Shown here piece after piece: positions 1-5,899 of a DNA stretch of 8,540 nucleotides. A model generated the notes under the pieces. It was not told the origin of the DNA. It did not search any database and saw only the letters and a program-made list of their open reading frames with translations. The position numbers were made by a program, and so were the translations under genes. This DNA comes from Fonticula alba ATCC 38817 (Eukaryota; Protista; Nucleariida). The stretch lies in the NCBI GenBank assembly GCA_000388065.2, contig KB932227.1; one strand, given 5' to 3'. How positions within the stretch are numbered: position 1 is the first letter of the stretch; every line of letters starts with the position of its first letter.

Positions 1-633
1 TGCTACGGGCCGGAGCCGGGGCACTGCCTCACCTGCGGCCCGGCCGCCCCGCTGGCTTTGGGGAGCCGCTGCTATGGCGCCTGCCCGCCGGGGACCTTCC
101 AGCAGGATGCCGCGTGCCTCCCCTGCCACGCAAGCTGCTCCACCTGCAGCGGCCCCGAGTCCTCCGAGTGCACGTCGTGCACGGACAAGCGCGTTCTCTA
201 TAGGTCCTCCTGTCTCTCGAGCTGCCCGGCCGGGACATTCGATGAGGCTGGCGTTTGCCTGCCCTGCGAGGCATCCTGCGCCACGTGCAGCCGCGCGACG
301 GCCTGCGACACCTGCCGCCCGGCCGAGTACCTGACCCCAAGTGGCACATGCGCTGCCGTCTGTCCGGCCGGGTGGCAGCCCTGCGCCGCCTCCCGCCAGT
401 GTGTCGCTTGTCCGGACCACTGCACGGCATGCGCGCCCATCGATGCGGCATGCACGGCCGTCTGCACGGCCTGCGCCGACGGGTGGCTCCTGTCCGGCGG
501 CCAGTGCGCCAGCGCCTGCCCGGCCGGCGAGTATGCCGCCCCCGGGGGGCACAGCTGCGCCGCCTGCAGCCACCCCTGCCGGACCTGCCTCGGGGCCGCG
601 GACGCGTGCACCGGCTGCCTGGACGGCCTGCTG
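1..633 (+). CDS. Partial exon of gene 1: furin-like (FU)/CxxC cysteine-rich repeat ectodomain, open at 5' (window edge) and 3' (gap)
   Basis: Frame 1 is open from base 1 (CYGPEPGHCLTCGPAAPLALGSRCYGACPPGTFQQDAACLPCHASCSTCSGPESSECTSC...CAACSHPCRTCLGAADACTGCLDGLL). It shows repeated CxxCxxxCxxC...CxxC...CxxxCPxG(Y/F/W) spacing typical of furin-like repeats (about 4-5 units) and very high GC3. The ORF-track 'start' at 58 is an internal TTG. Confidence 0.93.
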
Positions 634-634
634 C

Positions 635-1369
635 NNNNNNNNNNNNNNNNNNNNNNNNNNNNNNNNNNNNNNNNNNNNNNNNNNNNNNNNNNNNNNNNNN
701 NNNNNNNNNNNNNNNNNNNNNNNNNNNNNNNNNNNNNNNNNNNNNNNNNNNNNNNNNNNNNNNNNNNNNNNNNNNNNNNNNNNNNNNNNNNNNNNNNNNN
801 NNNNNNNNNNNNNNNNNNNNNNNNNNNNNNNNNNNNNNNNNNNNNNNNNNNNNNNNNNNNNNNNNNNNNNNNNNNNNNNNNNNNNNNNNNNNNNNNNNNN
901 NNNNNNNNNNNNNNNNNNNNNNNNNNNNNNNNNNNNNNNNNNNNNNNNNNNNNNNNNNNNNNNNNNNNNNNNNNNNNNNNNNNNNNNNNNNNNNNNNNNN
1001 NNNNNNNNNNNNNNNNNNNNNNNNNNNNNNNNNNNNNNNNNNNNNNNNNNNNNNNNNNNNNNNNNNNNNNNNNNNNNNNNNNNNNNNNNNNNNNNNNNNN
1101 NNNNNNNNNNNNNNNNNNNNNNNNNNNNNNNNNNNNNNNNNNNNNNNNNNNNNNNNNNNNNNNNNNNNNNNNNNNNNNNNNNNNNNNNNNNNNNNNNNNN
1201 NNNNNNNNNNNNNNNNNNNNNNNNNNNNNNNNNNNNNNNNNNNNNNNNNNNNNNNNNNNNNNNNNNNNNNNNNNNNNNNNNNNNNNNNNNNNNNNNNNNN
1301 NNNNNNNNNNNNNNNNNNNNNNNNNNNNNNNNNNNNNNNNNNNNNNNNNNNNNNNNNNNNNNNNNNNNN
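635..1369. other. Assembly gap (735 N)
   Basis: Run of N. It is expected to hide the end of the ectodomain, a transmembrane segment and the kinase N-lobe/catalytic loop if both flanks belong to one gene (inference). Confidence 0.99.
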
Positions 1370-1577
1370 TCGCGCAATCTGAGCGCCGACCGGTCGTCGG
1401 TCCTCGTCAACACCATGCCCGAGCTGAATGCCATGACCGTGCGGTACGCCGCGCCGGAGGTGATCACCGCCTTCCGGCGTGGGACTCCGCTGGACGCGGG
1501 GCACTTCTTCCCGGCAGACATGTACGCCGCGGGCCTCATGCTCTACGAGTGCACCACACGCACCGCTTTCTGGAACA
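1370..1577 (+). CDS. Gene 1 penultimate exon (partial): protein kinase activation segment to subdomain IX
   Basis: Frame 2 reads SRNLSADRSSVLVNTMPELNAMTVRYAAPEVITAFRRGTPLDAGHFFPADMYAAGLMLYECTTRTAFWN. It contains the subdomain VIII Y-x-APE motif (APE at 1451-1459) and the subdomain IX D-x-Y-x-x-G-x-x-L-Y-E motif (D at 1517). It ends at the donor A|GTACGT. Confidence 0.9.
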
Positions 1578-1726
1578 GTACGTCGCCTGTGCGCTCGTCC
1601 GCCCACGCATCCCCGCTTGCCTGCCCCTCGGAGACCCCGGCGCCCACACATGCGCTCCCCCCCCCCCCCCCCCCCCGCCCCCCCCCCCCCCCCCCCGCGC
1701 TGACATGCTCCGCAACATCATCCCAG
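1578..1726 (+). other. Spliceosomal intron (149 nt, phase 1) in gene 1 kinase domain
   Basis: Donor GTACGT at 1578, poly-C tract at 1657-1696, branch-like GCTGAC at 1699-1704, acceptor CCCAG ending 1726. Splicing joins frame 2 to frame 1 exactly (A+AC = Asn), giving the continuous kinase sequence FWN-N-MDINQIMDAVLGGQRP. Confidence 0.88.
1657..1696. repeat. Poly-C tract (C20-G-C19), intronic
   Basis: Directly visible. It is a G-run on the minus strand. The exact length is unreliable in any assembly. Confidence 0.95.
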
Positions 1727-1914
1727 ACATGGACATCAACCAAATCATGGATGCCGTGCTCGGCGGCCAGCGCCCGGACGCCGCCCACGCTCCGGATCTC
1801 GCCGTCTCCGCATGGCAGACCGACCCCAACCGGCGTCCCGCCGCCCACATCTTCCGCCAGCAGTGCGCCGCGCTCTTTGTGGCCGCCGGCGGCCTGAACA
1901 GCTCCCACGGCTGA
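1727..1914 (+). CDS. Gene 1 last exon: kinase subdomains X-XI and C-terminus
   Basis: Reads MDINQIMDAVLGGQRPDAAHAPDLAVSAWQTDPNRRPAAHIFRQQCAALFVAAGGLNSSHG*. GxRP and W-x-x-D-P-x-x-R-P (1813-1839) match the TKL/TK-like subdomain X-XI signature. Stop TGA at 1912-1914. Confidence 0.9.
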
Positions 1915-1949
1915 TGGGCCGGCACGCCCGGCTGCATGGCCATCGCATC

Positions 1950-1985
1950 ATACACACACCTCATATAAATATACACATATGTGCA
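1950..1985 (+). terminator. Candidate 3'-end/polyadenylation element of gene 1
   Basis: AT/CA-rich island (CATACACACACCTCATATAAATATACACATATGTGC) in GC-rich context. It contains TATAAA (AAUAAA-like variant) at 1964-1969, about 50 nt after the stop codon. Confidence 0.35.
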
Positions 1986-2974
1986 CTCATCTATGTCTCT
2001 GGCTTGGCACAGTGCCAGATACATGCGCGCTTCTTCCGACCGCCTTGTGTCGCTGGATCCCCCCCCCCCTCCCTCAGGGCACACGACCGCTTCGGGCTTG
2101 GCCACGCCAGGCCTCGCCGGCAAGGGCACCATCGGGGCCAAACCCACACGCCGGGTTTCTGGTGGCGCATTGACCGGGACACTTCGCGCGACGATCGGCG
2201 CCCCTACCATCAGCCAAGCTCCCGGCACCTGCCCCCCTCTTCACTATTGCGATCTGACATGAGCGTTTTATAATATGGCCCTTCGAGGGCTGCTGGAACT
2301 CCGGCGAGGACAGGCCTTGGCCGGTGCCTGGCCGGAGGGGGGGGGGGCGCCCGACCCGGCCCCATCCGACCGGCTCCATGCATTTCGCCCTCCAGAAGTG
2401 CCGCCCGAAGTCATGGCTCCCGGCCGGCGAACATACCTCGACGGGTGTGGCCCCGCGCCGGTGTCGCCAGCCGTCCCGCGTGTCACCCCTTTCCAGCGCG
2501 GTTTGTTACTCGGAGGCCTGGACTTGGGCCCTGCCGGGCGCGGGCCCTCCCGCCATCCTGGGCGTCTCAACGCCCGGAGACCATTGGGGGGATGGCTCGG
2601 AGCCCGAGCAGGAGCAAGACAGCAGCGGGGCAGGGAGGACAGGAACCGGCCATACCATGCTCCCCCCAAATAACCATCTTGCCGGGAGGGGGCAACGCCC
2701 AGGGCGGCAGGCCCCCGCATCGGTGTGTCGACTCCGGCTGCATGGACCGGACGCTGCCGGATGGCGGAAATGGTCGCCGAGCCTTGGGCGGGGAGGGGGG
2801 ACGCATGCTAGCCCCCCGCGCGCGCGACCTCGCCCGGGCGCCTGTGCTCTGTCGGGGGGCCTCGCCACTTCGCGTGTGCCCCCCCCCCCCCGGCGATGCG
2901 CGTGCCCCGCCTTGCCGCCCGGCGCCAACGACCACCCGGGGATGGCGAGCCAAATGTTCCATATGTTTCAAGCG

Positions 2975-3415
2975 AATATATAATACCGGCTATTGTCCCT
3001 GACCCATACTCTTGCAAAGCCAGAGCGGGTGCAGTCACGTGTGGTCATTTTGGGAGTTAGCATTTGGGCATCGGTCCCGCCCCGCGTCCCACGTGCCATG
3101 CTCACAACACAGGCCCCTGACTGGGCGCCGAAACAATGCCCGCGCCTCGTCGGGCCAACGGGGGCCGCCCCTGGGGCGCACCCGCATGCCCGCACACCCG
3201 CACACACGCGCGCAGCGCATGGAGGAGAAGGGGGGCTTTCGTGCCCCGTGACCCCGCGTCCGCGCCTCCGCCGCGCGTCCGGGCGCTCTTTTGAGATGCA
3301 TGCCCGCGACCACCCTCGGCCAATCTGACGCCCCCATTCTCCGTTCCCCTCCCCTTCCCCGCCCGCCCCCCCCCGCTCTCTCTCTCTGCTGCGCCTCCTG
3401 CCGGGGGATCCCTCC
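2975..3415 (+). promoter_or_regulatory. Candidate promoter/5' region of gene 2
   Basis: TATATAA at 2977-2983, CACGTG E-boxes at 3036-3041 and 3090-3095, GGCCAATC at 3318-3325 followed by TGACG at 3326-3330, then a pyrimidine-rich stretch. If the 36-bp overlap is closed, the CCAAT lies about 100 bp upstream of ATG 4167. Motif matches only. Confidence 0.35.
3380..3415 (+). repeat. 36-bp direct repeat copy 1 (probable contig-end overlap)
   Basis: CTCTCTCTGCTGCGCCTCCTGCCGGGGGATCCCTCC is identical to 4123-4158. Both copies abut 10-N gaps. Confidence 0.95.
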
Positions 3416-3425
3416 NNNNNNNNNN
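3416..3425. other. Assembly gap (10 N placeholder)
   Basis: Run of exactly 10 N. Confidence 0.99.
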
Positions 3426-4112
3426 CGGTGGCGCAGGGCGGGCTGTGCGCCACCTGCCACGCCACCTGCGCCACGTGCTACGGGCCGGAGCCGGGGCACT
3501 GCCTCACCTGCGGCCCGGCCACTCCGCTGCTGGTCGGCGGCACCTGCTTCGAGGCCTGCCCGCCGGGGACCTTCCAGCAGGATACCGCGTGCCTCCCCTG
3601 CCACGCAGGCTGCCCCACCTGCAGCGGCCCCGAGTCCTCCGAGTGCACGTCGTGCGCCGGCGACCGGGTCCTCCACCAGGGGACCTGCCTGCTGGGCTGC
3701 CCGGGCGGCTGGTTCGCCGAGGACGGCGTCTGCGCCGCCTGCCACCCGCTGTGCCTGCTGTGCGACCGGGCCGATGGCTGCACGGCCTGCCCGGCCGGGG
3801 GGCTTCTCGGCCCGGACTCCCTGTGCGTCGAGGTCTGCCCCCGGGGGACGCGCGCCTGCCCGGTGACCGGCCGGTGCGAGGGCTGCCCCGAGGGGTGCAC
3901 CGCATGCGAGTCCTCGGGCGATGCGGCCTGCACGGCCGTCTGCACGGCCTGCGCCGGCGGGTGGCTCCTGTCCGGCGGCCAGTGCGTCAGCGCCTGCCCG
4001 GCCGGCGAGTATGCCGTCCCCGGGGGGCACAGCTGCGCCGCCTGCAGCCACCCCTGCCGGACCTGCCTCGGGGCCGCGGACGCGTGCACCGGCTGCCTGG
4101 ACGGCCTGCTGC
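3426..4112 (+). CDS. Orphan contig: internal fragment of a paralogous furin-like repeat ectodomain exon (probably misplaced)
   Basis: Open frame (VAQGGLCATCHATCATCYGPEPGHC...CTGCLDGLL) with no start, stop or splice context. 3476-4112 is colinear with 1-634 (one extra codon) and ends at the identical base before a gap. Confidence 0.85.
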
Positions 4113-4122
4113 NNNNNNNNNN
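4113..4122. other. Assembly gap (10 N placeholder)
   Basis: Run of exactly 10 N. Confidence 0.99.
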
Positions 4123-4158
4123 CTCTCTCTGCTGCGCCTCCTGCCGGGGGATCCCTCC
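4123..4158 (+). repeat. 36-bp direct repeat copy 2 (probable contig-start overlap), in 5' leader of gene 2
   Basis: Identical to 3380-3415. Confidence 0.95.
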
Positions 4159-4166
4159 TCACATCG

Positions 4167-5559
4167 ATGGCCACCCTGGCGGGCATGCGTCGCAGGGCTG
4201 CCACACTCGCGCGCTCTCCCGGCCCATGGTCGCGCGTGCTTCTCCTGGTCCTGCTGGGCCTCCTGGCCCGGCACATCGCCTCGGCCAACGAGGCTGAGGA
4301 CCCCAAGGTCTTCCTCCATCAGGCGCCCAACTCGGCCAAGGCCCCGGAGACGCCGATCGGCTATTTCACCAGGCCCGGGTCTGTGTCCTCGGCGGTGGTC
4401 CGGCACTCCACCAATACCATGCACATTCACCGGCAAACCAATGCCCTGGCCAGGGTCCCGGAGGCACGGTGGGGGCATTTCTTCTCCCGACAGCCGGGCG
4501 ATGTGGTCACTTGTCCGCGAGCGCCCCTGGCCTCGGCCCAGCCGCTGCTCTTCCTGCCGGTGCCGCAGCACAACCTGCCCGTCATCATCGAGCGCAATTC
4601 CCAGTCCATTGCCCTGTTCCATTCGAGCACAATTCACCCCCTGCCGAACCCGGACACCGAGATTGTGGCGGTCATCGCGCCGACGCCGGAGCAGGCCGAC
4701 TTCCTGGTGCTGCTGAAGCCGCCCTCGGGCACGCGGGATCTTGCCGTGATGAACATCGAGCGGGACCTGCCCTTGCGCCAAAATGCCCTGACCGGTCTCT
4801 CGCCGGCCCCGGATCCGGTGCTGGGCGTCCCCGGGCCCGGCCGATCGGTCTACTCGCATTACCTGCAGCGAATTCGTAACACCAACATCTACCCGGCTTC
4901 CCAGTCCCCGAGCACGCGCATGTGGGACACCTTCACGTCGGTGGTCCACCTGCTGGCCACGCGACTGACCTCCCCCCAGGCCACCTGTCCCGGGGGGGAT
5001 GTCATCTTGCTCATGGTCAATGGCCAATTTGCCCTGTACAACTGCTTCAACATCGCCTCCTCCTCGCCCAACATATCGCCCTCCTACAGCGGCTCCATCC
5101 CGGAATCGGCCATGGCCGGCGGGCGCTTCATCAACCCGGATCTCGCCAGTATCGCCGACCCCATGCCCTTCCTGTACTATGTCGGCTCGGTGGCCAGCAC
5201 CCACGGCGCTGACACGGGCCTCTGGCGGGCCGACATGCGCGACATCCCCAACATCACCTGGCACCGGGTGGTGCTCCCTCCTGTCGTTTCCCAGTCCAGC
5301 CTGGAGAGGGCCCGGCTCCTGAACATGAGCATCGCCACCGGCGGCCAGTGGTTTCTCCTGATAGATGGCGTGGTCTTCTTCGACTCCGAGGCCTTCGGCT
5401 GTGCCACCGACACCAGTATTGTCTGTGACGTCGACGGCGCCAGCACGGGCACCACCCGCGGCTGGGCCTGCAAGCCCGGCCGTCTGGAGGCTCCCTTTGC
5501 CACGCATGGCCGTCTGTGTGACGGCTGCTCCGACGGGTCGTACATGGACTGGGCTGATG
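4167..5559 (+). CDS. Gene 2 exon 1: signal peptide, about 370-aa Cys-poor extracellular domain A, start of Cys-rich linker
   Basis: Starts MATLAGMRRRAATLARSPGPWSRVLLLVLLGLLARHIASA|NEAE, with a basic n-region, hydrophobic core at 4236-4268 and an A-x-A cleavage site ending 4286. An alternative in-frame ATG lies at 4185. There are 464 sense codons, N-glycosylation sequons NIT (5250) and NMS (5322), and the exon ends ...RLCDGCSDGSYMDWAD-G at donor GTGGGT. Confidence 0.88.
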
Positions 5560-5591
5560 GTGGGTTTTTCTTGCCTTTTTGGCTGTTTCTG

Positions 5592-5629
<38 letters not shown>

Positions 5630-5899
5630 CCTTCTCTGCTCCTCTCTCTCTCTTTTCCTTCTCTGCTCCTCTCTCTCTCTCTTTTCCTCCTCTGCTCCTC
5701 TCTCTCTCCTTTGCTCCTCTCTCTCTCTCTCTCTTTTCCTCCTCTGCTCCTCTCTCTCTCTCCTCTGCTCCTTTCCTCCTCTCTCTCTTTGGCCCCTTTG
5801 CTCCCTCCCCCCGCCCCTCCTCGCTCCTTGCCCCGTCTTCAACTAACCCGCTGTCGCGGTGTCCCCCGGCCCGGGGGGGGGGGGGGCTGACCTACCCAG
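5560..5899 (+). other. Spliceosomal intron (340 nt, phase 1) of gene 2
   Basis: Donor GTGGGT at 5560, long CT tract, branch candidates CTAAC (5843-5847) and CTGAC (5887-5891), acceptor CCCAG ending 5899 (first AG after the CTAAC). Splicing joins G+GC = Gly in frame and restores the furin-like pattern GSYMDWADGSRACRPCPGFCRTC. Confidence 0.88.
5593..5790. repeat. Compound (CT)n microsatellite/minisatellite
   Basis: (CT)17 followed by about 6 units of [TTTCCTY]CTCTGCTC separated by (CT)5-9. Confidence 0.93.

Noticed and set aside
1-633. Assignment to PCSK5/furin, EGFR/insulin receptor or Giardia VSP as an ortholog
   Set aside because: Only the generic Cys-rich repeat is shared. No subtilase, L-domain or VSP CRGKA tail is seen, so no gene symbol is given.
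58-1914. 618-aa single ORF with a polyproline tract (ORF track)
   Set aside because: It is joined artificially through Ns. After the gap the kinase motifs are in frame 2 until 1577, and the polyproline is the translated intronic poly-C tract.
2278-2290. Small hairpin GCCCT-TCG-AGGGC as ncRNA or terminator
   Set aside because: It has only a 5-bp stem, which is common by chance in GC-rich DNA, and no supporting RNA-family context.
2275-3002. Overlapping 130-220 aa ORFs in the intergenic region (e.g. 2275..2673 after an AT-rich TTTTATAAT)
   Set aside because: They are Pro/Gly/Arg-rich, run through homopolymer tracts, have no domain motifs or clear codon bias, and occur in many frames at once, as expected by chance at this GC content. 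A short real gene cannot be fully excluded without RNA data.
3380-4158. Transposable element with target-site duplication
   Set aside because: There are no terminal inverted repeats, LTRs, poly-A tail or transposase/RT coding. The insert is host receptor sequence bounded by placeholder gaps, and 36 bp is long for a target-site duplication.
5177-5842. Minus-strand ORF with REREEQRRK repeats resembling a charged coiled-coil protein
   Set aside because: It is a translation of the (AG)n complement of the intronic microsatellite.
3921-5846. 641-aa ORF as a complete gene
   Set aside because: It begins in an off-frame part of the orphan contig, crosses an N gap and reads into the CT-rich intron. 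The supported part is 4167-5559.
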